DNA from: Octopus sinensis
Taxonomy: Eukaryota
Reading direction: 5' to 3'
DNA length: 64,000 nt
Assembly (NCBI RefSeq): GCF_006345805.1
Contig: NC_043005.1
Coordinates: forward strand, 46,376,001 to 46,440,000
The translations under genes were made by a program, and so were the position numbers. Below the pieces are notes generated by a model. That model was not told the DNA's origin and did no database searches. It was given only the letters and a program-made list of their open reading frames with translations. Within the stretch, counting starts at the first letter, position 1, and each line of letters starts with the position of its first letter. Below are positions 36,484 to 48,974 of the stretch, one piece after another.

Positions 36484-37266
36484 TTCTAAATTTGGCTCAA
36501 TGCTTGTAACTTGAGGGAAGGGGCAAGTGCTCAACTGGTACACATTTCATCGATCTCCGAAAGGACGAAAAGCAAGGTCGACCTCGGTGGCATTTGAACT
36601 CAGAACGTAAAGACAGAAGAAATGCTTCTGAACATTTTGCCCGGCGTTCTTGCGATTGGACAAATATTCATGTGTCTGTCTCTGTCTGTCTGTCCATACG
36701 TGCGTGCCTGCTTGCGTGCGTGCACGTGCGTGTGTGTGCGTGTCTGTAGTTTACTGTCCCTTAAGGCAAAGTGGACCGCGGTTGGATTTGAACTCAGAAC
36801 GTAAAGTCGGGCGAAATGTCACTAAGCATTTTGTCCGGCGTGCTAACGATTCTGCCAGCTCACCGCCTTGATTGATGGCTAAATAACTCTTTCTTCTAGA
36901 GGCACAAGGCGTGAAACATTGTGCGAAGGGCTAGTCGATTACATCGTCCTCAGTGCGTACTTATTTTCATCGACTCCGAAAGAATAAAAGGTAAAGTCGA
37001 CCTCAGCGGAATTTGAACTCAGAACGTAAGGACAGACGAAATACCTATTTCTTTACTACCCACAAGGGGCTAAACACCGAGGGGACAAACAAGGACAGAC
37101 AAACGGATTAAGTCGATTACATCGACCCCAGTACGTAACTGGTACTTATTTAATCGACCCCGAAAAGATGAAAGGCAAAGTCGACCTCGGCGGAATTTGA
37201 ACTCAGAACGTAAGGACAGAGGAAATACCGCTAAGCATTTTGCCCAGCGTGTAGAGGATTCTGCCT
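36484..37266 (-). mobile_element. Cluster of SINE family A copies (36484-36657, 36763-36869, and dimer 36881-37266 with junction 37045/37046)
   Basis: Repeated GTCGACCTCGGCGGAATTTGAACTCAGAACGTAA motifs. Confidence 0.88.
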
Positions 37267-37423
37267 CAACATAAATTTCACTGAAACCAGACGAAAATAT
37301 TTCAATTTGGTTGATAACTTTCTATAAATGGTCAATTATTGCCTAATTTAGAAGTCATTTCTCCGTATATTCTGTGCTTTTGTAGTTATTTATTACTATA
37401 GAAGAGCGGTGGGTTGGCAGAAT

Positions 37424-37885
37424 CAACCAACCAACTAACCAACTAATCCACCAGCCAACCAGCCAACCAACCAATCAACTAATCAACTAACCTACTAATC
37501 CACCAACCAACCAACCAACCAACCAACCAACCAACCAACCAACCAACCAACCAACCAATCAACTAACAAACTAATCCACCACCCAACCAACCAAACAACC
37601 AACCAAATCAACTAACCAATTAATGCATCAACCAATAAATCAACTAAGCAATTAAATAACCAACTAATCCACCAAACGACTAGCCAACCAGCCAAACAAC
37701 CAACTAAACAACCAACAAACCAAGCAAGCAAGCAAGCAACTAATCCACCAACTAACCAATCAACCAACAAACTAATCAACCAACCAACGGATCAGTAAAC
37801 TAACCAACTAATCCCCCAACCAATCAACCAATCAAAAATCTGACCAAGTAACCAATCAACCAATCAACAAATCAACCAACCAATC
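37424..37885. repeat. Degenerate (AACC)n/(AATC)n simple repeat
   Basis: Directly visible. Confidence 0.9.
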
Positions 37886-37901
37886 AAGAAGTCAATTATC
37901 G

Positions 37902-37943
<42 letters not shown>

Positions 37944-38059
37944 AAATAAGAAAATGGAGAAATACATCCAAATCAAATATCAATTACCAGATAATACCCA
38001 ATCACATACTTTATTAAACCAATATATGTGTGTATATATATATACATATATATATATAT

Positions 38060-38966
38060 ACTAGCAGTATCGCCCGGCGTTGCTCGGGTTTGTAAGGGAA
38101 ATAACTATATAAGCATTTTTAGTGAGTTATAGCAAAAAAATAGCAAAAAAATGCATTAAAAATGGAATAAAAAATGATGGTAATTTTTTTTTTAAATCGT
38201 TGACTCATCGTAGACATTTTTAGAGAGTTACTTCCCTTATATAATAGCGAAAAAATGCATTAAAATGGAAAAAATGATGGTAATTTTTTTTTAAATCGTA
38301 GACTCATCGTAGACGCGCGCTAATACCCAGAAGGGCTCGATATGAATCGCGACTATAAGATACCCGGTTTTGGTTAAACTGCACCGCAAAATGTGGGAGT
38401 AGTTAGGAATCTAAATCGTAGGAGACAGACACACAACTTCACTTTTATATATAAAGATTTGTGTAACAACGAAAACATTCGGTAGTGCAAATTGTTTGCA
38501 CAGGAAACCTGCCCTGTGTGGCGGTTTTTGCCGTTTTTGTGGATATGTTTCAGCATTTTTAGCGATTTCTGTTTTGGCGACTTCAAGCCATGAAGTCGTT
38601 GTTCTAAAGGAACGCTGGTCTCCTTGACAACGCTTTACGACGTTGATTTCCTTACACTCCCTTCCCCACAGCTTCACGAGGGAGGGAAGAAGGGGTAGAA
38701 GCAAAACAGGTGCAGGTGTGAGCATGGACGCCAACTCCGCCGCCAATTAAAAAAATATGCGTTAAAATGGAAAAAAATGATGTTAAATTATTTTTAAAAT
38801 CGTAGACTCATCTTAGACGCGCGCTAATACCCAGGTGCGCTCGATATGAATCACGACTATAAGATACCCGAATTTGGTTAAACTGCACCGCAAAATGTGG
38901 GAGTAGTTAGGAATCTAAATCGAAGAGGACAGACACTCACACAACTACAGTTTTATATATATAGAT
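38060..38966 (+). mobile_element. Non-autonomous Helitron/Helentron-like element with duplicated 3' module
   Basis: Starts ACTAGCAGTATCGCCCGGCGTTGCTCGGG. The terminal module ...ATCGTAGACTCATC...GGAATCTAAATCG...(CAGA/CA)n...TTTTATATATA(A)AGAT ends at both 38458 and 38966. Confidence 0.6.
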
Positions 38967-39086
38967 ATGTATATATATATCTATATACCGGAGTAAACAC
39001 ATAAATGTGAAACAAGGTGGAAAAAAGAGTACTCAAATACCAGTGGTAGAGTAATATGCTTTATTTTAAGCAGCAGAAAATTCAAC

Positions 39087-39134
39087 AAAATCTGTTACTC
39101 TGAGTTTCTCGTTGCCGTTCATCAGACAGTTTTT
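39087..39134 (-). ncRNA. Mirror-image minimal type I hammerhead ribozyme
   Basis: Exact reverse complement of 39141-39188. Confidence 0.8.
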
Positions 39135-39140
39135 GCTAGC

Positions 39141-39188
39141 AAAAACTGTCTGATGAACGGCAACGAGAAACTCAGAGTAACAGATTTT
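39141..39188 (+). ncRNA. Minimal type I hammerhead ribozyme
   Basis: AAAAACTGT-CTGATGA-A-CG-GCAA-CG-A-GAAA-CTC-A-GAG-TA-ACAGATTTT. Stem I is 4+4 bp, stem II is 2 bp with a GNRA loop, stem III ACTCAGAGT has a 1-nt loop, and cleavage is at GUA after 39179. Confidence 0.8.
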
Positions 39189-39285
39189 GTTGAATTTTCT
39201 GCTGCTTAAAATAAAGTATATATCTATATATATATGTATAAGTATGTATGGATATGTATATATGTAAATATATATGTGTATATAT

Positions 39286-39322
<37 letters not shown>

Positions 39323-39469
39323 GTTTGCATATATATGTATATATGTATATATATATGCTTGTATATATATATGTATATGTATATGTATGTGTATGTGTAT
39401 GTATATATATATATATGTATATATGTAAATATATATGTATATATATATATGTATATGTATGTGTATGTG

Positions 39470-39515
<46 letters not shown>

Positions 39516-39523
39516 TATATAAA

Positions 39524-39677
39524 GATAAGAGAAGAAATGGAGCAACAGTTAACAATTAGAAGTTGATCATTGGTATTAAAACGTCATAGTTTAATTGTAG
39601 TTCAATTGAACTATGATCTTTCAAAATTCAATGATCAATTTCTAATTGTTAATTGTTGCTACATTTCTTTTCTTATC
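39524..39677. repeat. 49-bp imperfect inverted repeat next to (TA)n
   Basis: Arms 39524-39572 and 39629-39677 with 4 mismatches; the spacer holds the palindrome TAGTTCAATTGAACTA. Confidence 0.85.
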
Positions 39678-40104
39678 CGAATATATTAAACCGCGGTTTT
39701 ACCATTTAAATTACAAACTACTGTTAACCTTATAGCAAGGCCTACCCACAGCGAGGTAATACAACAGTGCTGCCTACGGCTAGATTTAGCACTTAGACGG
39801 TTACATAACCTCTAACTCATAATTTATACATACATACGGAATATAGATGTTGGTTTGACCGCCGTCCGTGCAAGATCTATATTCCTCCCTGTGCCTGTCA
39901 AACCTTGTATCCCTGCCGTAAGGCCTTATTTCCATGCACACCAGCTTAATTTAATTCGTCCTTAGTCGAAAGACACCTGTTTTTATGTCCTGTTATTTGT
40001 ATTTGTGAAACATACTCCGTTATTTTTCAGTCCTTGTTTTCGTATACATTCGCTGCTTTCTTCCAAGGAATCTAATGCTCTTAGATTAGTTTTTCATTGG
40101 GGCT

Positions 40105-40192
40105 GGCCAGATTGGAGCAATCTCGAGTATAACCAGCCGAAGTTGCAAAGATAATCTGGAACTCGACTGAAGAAAGAAAACTCCGAATGACC
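40105..40192 (+). ncRNA. Type-III-like hammerhead fold, imperfect
   Basis: GGAG...TC-TCGAGT(40123-28)...ACTCGA(40161-66)-CTGAAGA-AA-GAAA-A-CTCC. Stem I is 6 bp and stem III is GGAG/CTCC, but its junction is non-canonical. Confidence 0.35.
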
Positions 40193-40483
40193 CGTCCTTG
40201 TTTTCTTTGTATCGTCTATCTGGATTTTTTGTTGTCCCTTTTTTGTTTCACCTAACTCTCTGGATGTTTTACGTTCTTGTCCCATTTTGTATAATATATA
40301 TGTGTGGGTGTGTGTGTGCGCGTGTGTGTATATATACAGGTATATACATACTTGTATATATATACATATGTATATATATATATATATGTATATACATATA
40401 TTTATATGTATATATATATACATATATACATGTATGTATGTATATGCACACACACACACGCACGAACATACATTTATATATAT

Positions 40484-40538
<55 letters not shown>

Positions 40539-40693
40539 ATATATCTGTACATATATATATATATGTGTATCTACATATATATATGTATATATATATGAAT
40601 ATATATATGTATGTGTGTCTATCTATCTATATATGTATATTTATATATCTACACAGATATATATACATATGTATATTTATTTGTATGTATATA

Positions 40694-40747
<54 letters not shown>

Positions 40748-41612
40748 ACACCACACACATATGTACGTGAATCTGTGTATGTATATATCTATGCTTCTTT
40801 GTTATTTGCGTGTGTGTGCTGATATGCGGGCGCAGAACATCATCGAATGCGAGAATAATCTGTGTTCTGTGTTTTTGCTAACATCACCAACCAAAGCAGT
40901 CCAAATGTTATCGCAACTATTAAACAATGTTTTCATATTGATTTCTTCGAGTCGCTTTACAAAGTACATCGTTGTTATTACACAAAGGACCACGAAATAG
41001 CGTTTTATATAATTATTGGTTCATCCTACCAACCTCATACACGAAAAGCCTCGAGCTTCTTCTGTATCTAAATTTGTTATTTGTTCTTTGCAAACTCTAG
41101 TTAATATCTGGACTGTTTTGGGTCTCCAGAGATGATCGAAATATTCCACGTAGATCTGCGATTGCTGAGATTCTGTAAAACTGGAGGAGAATATATGAGT
41201 GGTAAGTTCTGTTTATGTAGCTGTACAGGACTATATATTACGGATTGAATACACGAATTCTTCCTCTCGACTAAAAGTTATTTTTAGAATTGCCTAAACA
41301 TTCTTTGGTTATTTGTTTGAAGTGACATATAGTTTTGTTGAATATATAGCCTTGAAAGTATTTGTGGTATTTTTAAAAAAAAGGTCTGGGAACAATAATG
41401 AAAATTCTCAACGAAGCAGTATTTCTTGAGATCAAACAAGGTGACTTTGAAGTGATTTTGCAAAGTTATTTCAACAGTTTAAATAGCAAAATACACAATG
41501 TACATCTCTTCGATGATATTTAAAATGATCACTTGTTGATTCGTTAAGCAGGTGTATTGTTTAATAGGTTTTCTTTCAAAGAACAATTGAAGTAAATTTA
41601 TTATTAATACAT

Positions 41613-41985
41613 AGGCGCTGGTGTGGCTGTGTGGTAATTAGTTTGCTTCCCAACCACATGGTTCCGGGTTGAGTCTCACTGCGTGGCACCTTGGGCAATT
41701 GTCTTCTGCTATAGCTTCGGGTCAATCAAAGCCTTATGAGTGGATTTGGTAGACAGAAACTGAAAGAAGCCCGTCGTATATATATATGTTTGTGTGTCTG
41801 TGTTTGTCCCCTATCATCACTTGACAACCGATGTCGGTGTGTTTACGTAACCGTAGTTCGGCAAAAGAGACCGATAGGACAAGTACTAGGCTTACGAGGA
41901 ATAAATTCTGGGGTCGATTTCTTCGATTAAATGTGGTGCTCCAACATGACTGCAGTCAAATGACTAAAACAACAATAAAAGAATA
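41613..41985 (+). mobile_element. SINE family B, full length
   Basis: AGGCGCTGGTGTGGCTGTGTGGTAA...ATGACTAAAACAACAATAAAAGAATA. Confidence 0.9.
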
Positions 41986-42059
41986 TAAATCTATGCATGA
42001 GACTTTGTGTGTGTGTGTGTGTGTGTGTGTTTGTCCCTCACCACATATTTGCAAAGGTG

Positions 42060-42524
42060 TTACCACTGAGAATGGCCAGCAACGTTCGCTGCAACAGATG
42101 TCACCCTCACCCCGCCCCCACTGCATGGGGTACATTTCTCAAGCGAGTCGCAGGTATCTCGATTTTGTGCAGAAAATCAACTGTGCAGGGTCCGAAGATC
42201 ACCTGATTTCTCAACGTGTGATTGAAGCTAAAGGGCTTCACACTAAATATTAAATAATTCCAGTATTCTCTGTCATTTTTGATTATTTTGTTATTTTTTC
42301 GACCGTTCTGATCATTTTGGCCGCCATGGGTTTTGCAGTAAATCACTAAATCATCCATAACTTTTGTATTTATCCTATCAAATTACACCAAAATCTCAGA
42401 CAATAACAATTAATATTGTATTTATTGTCTGTGAAAATTATAGAACATAAAACAACTTTGATAAAAACTTATACCTACTTTTCTGGCGAAAACAATGCCG
42501 TTCAGAACATTTTAGCCGCAACTG
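42060..42524 (+). mobile_element. Tc1-like transposon 3' remnant with right TIR
   Basis: AWGTFLKRV and QRVIEAKGLHTKY* (stop 42251-42253); ends TTTTAGCCGCAACTG|TA. Confidence 0.7.
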
Positions 42525-42526
42525 TA

Positions 42527-42693
42527 TATACGACGGGCTTCTTTCAGTCTCCGTCTACCAAATCGACTCACAAGGCTTTGGTCGGCCCGAGGCAATAGTA
42601 GAAGAAACTTGGCCAAGGTGTCACGTAGTGGGACTGAACCCGGGATCATGTGGTTGGTAAGCAAGCTACTTACCACACATCCACTCCTGCGCT
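42527..42693 (-). mobile_element. SINE family B, 5' half
   Basis: Reverse complement of head plus CORE-like segment, ending at the internal TA tract. Confidence 0.88.
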
Positions 42694-42757
<64 letters not shown>

Positions 42758-42779
42758 GGTGTGTGTGTGTGTATGTATA

Positions 42780-42896
<117 letters not shown>

Positions 42897-42900
42897 ATAT

Positions 42901-42931
<31 letters not shown>

Positions 42932-44092
42932 CGAGGTCTGATCAATAAGCAATCGGACTGGTGCTATAAAAGCAATACTACAACACGTACCAATTCGGCA
43001 TTTAATCTCCTACAAAGTAGCCCCCCTCAGAAGCCACACACTTAATCCAGTGCTGTTTCCATTGATGGAAGAATTCCTGGAACTCGCTTTCTGGGATACT
43101 CATCAGCTTTCGTCCCATTCGCATAGATTTCCTTGTCGTCCTGAAAACTTCCTTTCAAGCGGGATTTTGGTTTTTGGAAAGAGGAAAAAGTCGCAAGGGA
43201 CGAGATCTGGGGAATGCGGTGGCTGTCAGACCTGGGTTATGCCGTGCCTAACCAAAAACTGCTGCACAAGCTGCACTGAATGGGCAGGTGCTTTGTCAGC
43301 TGAAAGTAGTTTTGGCACAAACTTGGCAGACACACGTATCATACTCAAATCTTCGGTGATAACGGACTGAACTGAACCGTATCTAATCTGCACATCTTCT
43401 GATAGCTCCTGGATGGTGATTCGACGATTTCCCCTCACAGCTGCATGCACATGTGCGATGTTTTTCTCAGTTCTGCTGGATGCAATTCTCGTAGAACGCT
43501 CGTCACTGTCGACAATTTCTCGGCTCGTACACACCTCTCCATACACTTCCATATTTCTTTATTGCCCCCCAAGGGGCTAAACATAGAGGGGACAAACAAG
43601 GACAGACAAAGGGATTAAGTCGATTACATCGACCCCAGTGCGTAACTGGTATTAATTTATCTATACCAAGAGGATGAAAGGCAAAGTCGACCTCGGCGGA
43701 ATTTGAACTCAGAACGTAGCGGCAGACGAAATACCACTAAGCATTTCGCCCGGCGTGCTAACGTTTCTGCCAGCTCTCTGCCTTATACTTACACTTACTC
43801 TCTTTACATTTTCTGCAACTTTGCACAGGCCTCTGAACAGGTATCGCCAAGCTTTTGGTAAAATTTGATGCAGATTCCCTGCACAACTTCTCTGCCATGG
43901 TCAATGTGAAGATCACATGTTACACACGTTCTATCCAAGCAGCGCTGTAAACAACGGAAGTGAGCTAGAACGTTAAAACTTAATGCGCGTGCACAGCAGA
44001 GTTCAAGGTCAATTTGTGCCAAGCAGCTTCACTCTGCGTGCTTTAGCTTCGTTACTATAGCAACAGTCCTGATACTTATTGATCAGACCACT
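42932..44092 (-). mobile_element. Internally deleted mariner element with both TIRs, in (TA)n
   Basis: TIRs CGAGGTCTGATCAATAAGCAATCGGACTG / CAGTCCTGATACTTATTGATCAGACCACT with TA flanks. Peptides: QGICIKF..KLG, RRITIQELSEDV.I.YGSVQ, VSAKFVPKLL, APAHS, HSPDLVPCDFFLFPK. Confidence 0.9.
43553..43783 (-). mobile_element. SINE family A inserted into the mariner transposase
   Basis: Full SINE between the LQK and VYGE codons of the transposase N-terminus. Confidence 0.9.
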
Positions 44093-44242
44093 TATATATA
44101 CATATATACATTCTTTACATTTGAACAAGGTTTCAGGCCTTTAGAAAAAGCGTAAACGAAACTGAATTGACGATAGTGTATAACTGGTAGTTATTAATCT
44201 ACTCCGGTGGATTTAACCGAAGAACATGAGAGAAAGGACTAA

Positions 44243-44410
44243 ATAATTATTTCTACTATAAGCAGAAGGTCTGACATTCTGAGGGAGTGGAGTTAATCGA
44301 TGACATTAACCCCAATACTTAACTGGTGCTTAACTTTTCGATCCTGCAGGGATGAAGGGCAAAGTGGACTGCGGTGGGATTTGAACAAGGAACGTAAAGG
44401 CAAACGAAAG
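44243..44410 (-). mobile_element. SINE family A, old diverged fragment
   Basis: GGGATGAAGGGCAAAGTGGACTGCGGTGGGATTTGAAC. Confidence 0.65.
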
Positions 44411-44515
44411 GAATAAATAATGATAGTCATTTTGTCATGAACTTTTAAAGTTTTCTTCAATCTGCAGTCGAGTGATGATGTTATAATGTTATACATTGAA
44501 ACGAGAGAGAGAGAA

Positions 44516-44567
<52 letters not shown>

Positions 44568-44750
44568 TGAGAAAGAGTGAGAGAGAAAGAAAGATCTTTG
44601 AAAGGTTACTTATGAATTAGAAGCCACTTCCCAATAAAAGAATCAAATTGGGGCTTGTTAATAAAATTATGTATTACATTCAATAAAAACAATTCACAGC
44701 AAATTGGTAAATACTTCGCTTTAGCTATCCGTAATGCCTTTTATATAACG

Positions 44751-44783
<33 letters not shown>

Positions 44784-44890
44784 TATATATATATGTGTGT
44801 GTGGTGTATGTATGTGTGAGTGTATGTGTGAGTGTGTGTACGTGCGCGCGTGCGTTCGTGTGTGTGCTTGTAGTTATGTGTGTGTGTGTA

Positions 44891-44931
<41 letters not shown>

Positions 44932-46163
44932 TATAGATAATCGTGGTGCTATATAGGTGCTTATTTATAAAAGATCATATACATATACACCTACAAATGG
45001 CGCAATCCCTGATGATATACACACTAAAAGAATTTCCGTTGGTCCTTGTGATTAAGTTAGTATTTCTTCAGGTGCAACCAAAAATTTCGAGACTATCCTG
45101 CTGCTAAAGACCATATAAACTGCAGGAAGGAAATAAGGTAAAAACTGAAATCCCTTTATGGCTAAGTTGCTTCGAATACAAGACATTTTTCTTTATCCAA
45201 AAATAGTTATCCAGCTTGACTATAATTTCAAGTTGCGTAGTACCTAACAATTCGATGTTAAAAGGAATGGACAAAACCAGAAAAGGAAGGGATACAATTG
45301 ACAGCAAACGGCTGACACAATCAGCCTCATCACTATCATCACTATCATCACCAAAACCCTCACCACCAACACCATGACAACGACCACGACCGCAATCCTC
45401 ATTCCCACCACCACATTATCACCAAACCATGGAAATGACAGAAGAAGCATAGGAACATATCTAAATGATAGGAGCGAAGAAATAGCGATTGGAGGAATGT
45501 ATTTCATTTAAGTGAATGCTGGGATTTTGTTAGGAATATTTGTCCGAGGAGTAGAAAAATCCTTTGTAGTAACAATAGAATAGACACATTTAGTTAAATG
45601 AAGTGTGTTTAGCATTCAAGTGACTGGCAGGTTTTGTTCTGAGCATATTTGAACTTTGTTAAATGTTATGCTTTTATATCACGGTGACACTCAGAGATAA
45701 TGCTTAACCCGGGCTTCTATGACATGAAGTGAAAGAGCTACAAATCCACTCCTCTTTATGGCGCAAATTCTATCATTGAAATTACAATAGTTGCGTGCAA
45801 TATTTTATTACGTCTATAAAATATGAAATGGTGTCATAATTTCTAAAGTAAATTTGATTGATTTATTCCTGAAAATTCTTTTAGGTTTGTTCTATCGTTA
45901 GGAAAGGAATCATCAATTTAAGCAGAAATGATACATTTACATATTTATAAAAGAGGTTTTTCTATTGGCTGAGTGTGTTTTTGAAAGAGACACAATATGA
46001 AACTCAACAGGTGAAGGCATATTGCATTTTATGGGTATCTTACATCGTCAAATACATTAGAAATAGATCTCGCGATATACCATCGATAGTGACTTAGGGA
46101 GCCTTAGCTACAGAAATCAAAATCCTGGTACCAGATAATCAGACATACTGTCAGCATCGCTAG

Positions 46164-46299
<136 letters not shown>

Positions 46300-46677
46300 G
46301 CGTATATATATATATATATATATAAATTGTGAAATTTGATTCAGTATTTCTAAATTGAATTTTTCCCTGTAAGTTAGGAATAATATTCCCTCAAATAATA
46401 ATTATATATATATATATATCTGTATATATATATATGTATATATATGTATGTATATGGTGGGGGATGCTTATTTAGTAAGCTGTATGTATTTTCAAAGAAC
46501 TAGAAGGGAAATCGTGAGGAGGACTAGTTTTATAGTCCGCATATTTTGGAGTTAGAATCTACAACTGTGTATATAAAAGAGTACTTATTGAACACAAAAT
46601 CAAAGAAAGTATCTATAAAACATTTTGTTACATCATCTTAGGGTGTATTTTATTAACAAAGTGTGGCTATTAGTTAA

Positions 46678-46920
46678 ATAGTGTCAATATGATCAAATTC
46701 CAGTTTAATTATGTAATTTAAATTGTATAACTAATAATCGTTCTTTGATAATAAAAACGTGCATAAGATGCTCCAAGCAATCTCACATCTTTTATTATAT
46801 ATACATATGTATATCTATATATGTACATATATGTGTGTCTGTGTATGTATGCATATATATTTATACACACACACATATATGTATATATATATATATGTGT
46901 GTATGAGTGTATATGTATGC

Positions 46921-46959
<39 letters not shown>

Positions 46960-47128
46960 TACATACAGTAACACTTATATATATGTACTATATAATAAAA
47001 GATGTGAGATTGCTTGAAGCATATTTAGCTATGCCATCTTATGCACGTTTATATTATCAAAGAACAATTGTTAGTTATACAATTTAAATTACATAATTAA
47101 ATTGGAATTTGATCATATTTGACACTAT
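46678..47128. repeat. About 125-bp inverted repeat around a (TA)/(TG) microsatellite
   Basis: Arms 46678-46800 and 46990-47128; the right arm has an extra 14 nt (ATATTTAGCTATGC). Confidence 0.9.
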
Positions 47129-47150
47129 GGACTCAGATGGAGAGATTTTA

Positions 47151-47440
47151 GCAAATGCAGATATGAACTGCATTGGCAGAAATTTGATCTACTGAATTAA
47201 ATGACCGAATTGCGAGGAACTATTTATTGGCGAGACAGGGAATGCATTATGAGAATGCTCACGAGTCCACAGACAACAAATCTGGAACACCAATGTTCGC
47301 CAAATTTCATTGAGCGAACATATAGAAACCTGTGGTCAGAAAATGTTCCTAATTTTTCGCTTCCACAAACTACGTTGACACAAGTGAGGTTGGAAGAAAA
47401 CGTTTCATTAAAATGTTCAAACCTGTTCTGAACGGAAATA
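47151..47440 (+). pseudogene. Second Penelope-like GIY-YIG remnant
   Basis: NADMNCIGRNLIY*IK*PNCEELFIGETGNAL*EC.RVHRQQI...LSEHIETCGQKMF...FKPVLNG; homologous to 5004-5288. Confidence 0.8.
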
Positions 47441-47654
47441 ACAACAATAATATAATAACCAGTTAATGATGTTGATTAAAAAATATCTTTAACATATGAA
47501 TATAAGCAAATTACAGAATATCGGTACGCCTGGCAAACCGTGGCGTTTGAGCAACATGCGGATTGGTCAAAACCGTATTCCAAAAATTCAGCTTATTGGA
47601 GCGTTCTAAGAGGTACTACAGTTGTCAAGAACCCAAATGTCAGTTAAATACATT

Positions 47655-47700
47655 TTGGAATCTGATGATTAATACGAACGTATGAAAGTGCTAATTGAAC
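47655..47700 (+). ncRNA. Decayed type I hammerhead motif downstream of GIY-YIG
   Basis: GGAAT-CTGATGA(47662-68)-TTA-ATACG-AA-CGTAT-GAAA(47684-87)-GTGC-TA-ATT; stem I only 3 bp, CUA triplet. Confidence 0.5.
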
Positions 47701-48974
47701 GTTATGAACATTACAAAATATTGTTTAAATGTTAAAATACCATAATAAAAAATTTGAAAACCAGGCCATGTTTTAATTCATTCAACTGATACACACACAT
47801 ACACACACACATAATATATATACATAGACACACACACACATAATATATATACATAGACACACACACACACACACAATTCAAAAAAATTATCGGACGACGA
47901 TTATTTGTGGCCGGGTTTTAACCCGGGCCGTTTTTTGACCTTTCAATAGCTTAAAACTGACAGGGATAGCATACTCATCCTGTAGATTGTATTTCCTCAT
48001 TAGTAGAGACAGGATCTTCTTTGGTGAGGCAGAAATTGCGTGGATCCAATGAATCAGCTTGTTGAAGCTTGCATTCACCTCATACCAACCTCCCGCATTA
48101 CAATGCTGGGAATTTTTTTATTGAGGCTTACTCCTCTAGGTATGCGTGCCCCAGGACTGTTTATTTTTGTATTCACAGCTAACCTTCACATCTGTAGGCT
48201 CGGTGAATGGAAATTTTGTCTCCAAAAAGATAGTTTGGCTCAATGATCCCCAACTATCTTAAAAGCCCTCCCTCCAGATTTTCTCATAGCCGTTCACACT
48301 GCCGTGTGTTATAACTTAAGAAAAAAGAAAAAAAAATACAACAGAATATAAAAATATCTTAAAATATATTCTTTTATTTTCTTCCTATTTTTTTCGATAT
48401 TTCCTAATAATTGATTGAATAGTCAGCAGCTTGACATAAAATAATTAAGAAATCCTCCTCTATCCGTCGCCAGATATGTGAGAATCCACAATATTTTTCT
48501 TAGGTCTTTTTGCTTTTGCATTTTTTCCATTATAATTGAAATGGTAAGAAAAAAATGTCGATAGTTTCGACACATGAACAAATCTTGACACACTTTATTA
48601 TATATATATATATAATATATATATATATATATTATACTAATAGTTTACTTATCATTTTGAATTATTTTTAAACCAAAAAGTTATTAAATAAAATATGAAT
48701 AATTTTGCACACGCTTCGTCCTATAATTTTTTGAATTTTGCTAAATTTGATTGCTAACCTTTGTAAAAATAAATTAATGGTTAAATAAAATTGTTTATAT
48801 TAATAAAGTACAAAAGATATTACAAACCTATTAGTGATAAGAAGAATATTTTAAAAATCAATTTTATTCTGACTATATAAAAACTTATGAACAGCACTGT
48901 ATTTCTGTGTATGTGTATACGTATGTATGTATGTATGTATGTAGTATGTATGTATGTATGTGTGTGTGTGTATG

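Larger units (their letters stand above)
39059..39216. repeat. Perfect 158-bp palindrome (centre 39137/39138) between (TA)n tracts
   Basis: CTTTATTTTAAGCAGCAG...TTTTTGCT|AGCAAAAA...CTGCTGCTTAAAATAAAG; no mismatch and no spacer. Confidence 0.97.

Noticed and set aside
43100-43125. Minus-strand GAAAGCTGATGA
   Set aside because: Wrong order and spacing, and inside mariner transposase coding sequence.
45000-45045. CTGATGA-TATACACACTA-AAAG-AATT-TC
   Set aside because: GAAA is missing and stem I does not pair; too degenerate.
47887-48246. Short non-repetitive ORFs on both strands
   Set aside because: No recognisable motif, and flanking frames contain stops.
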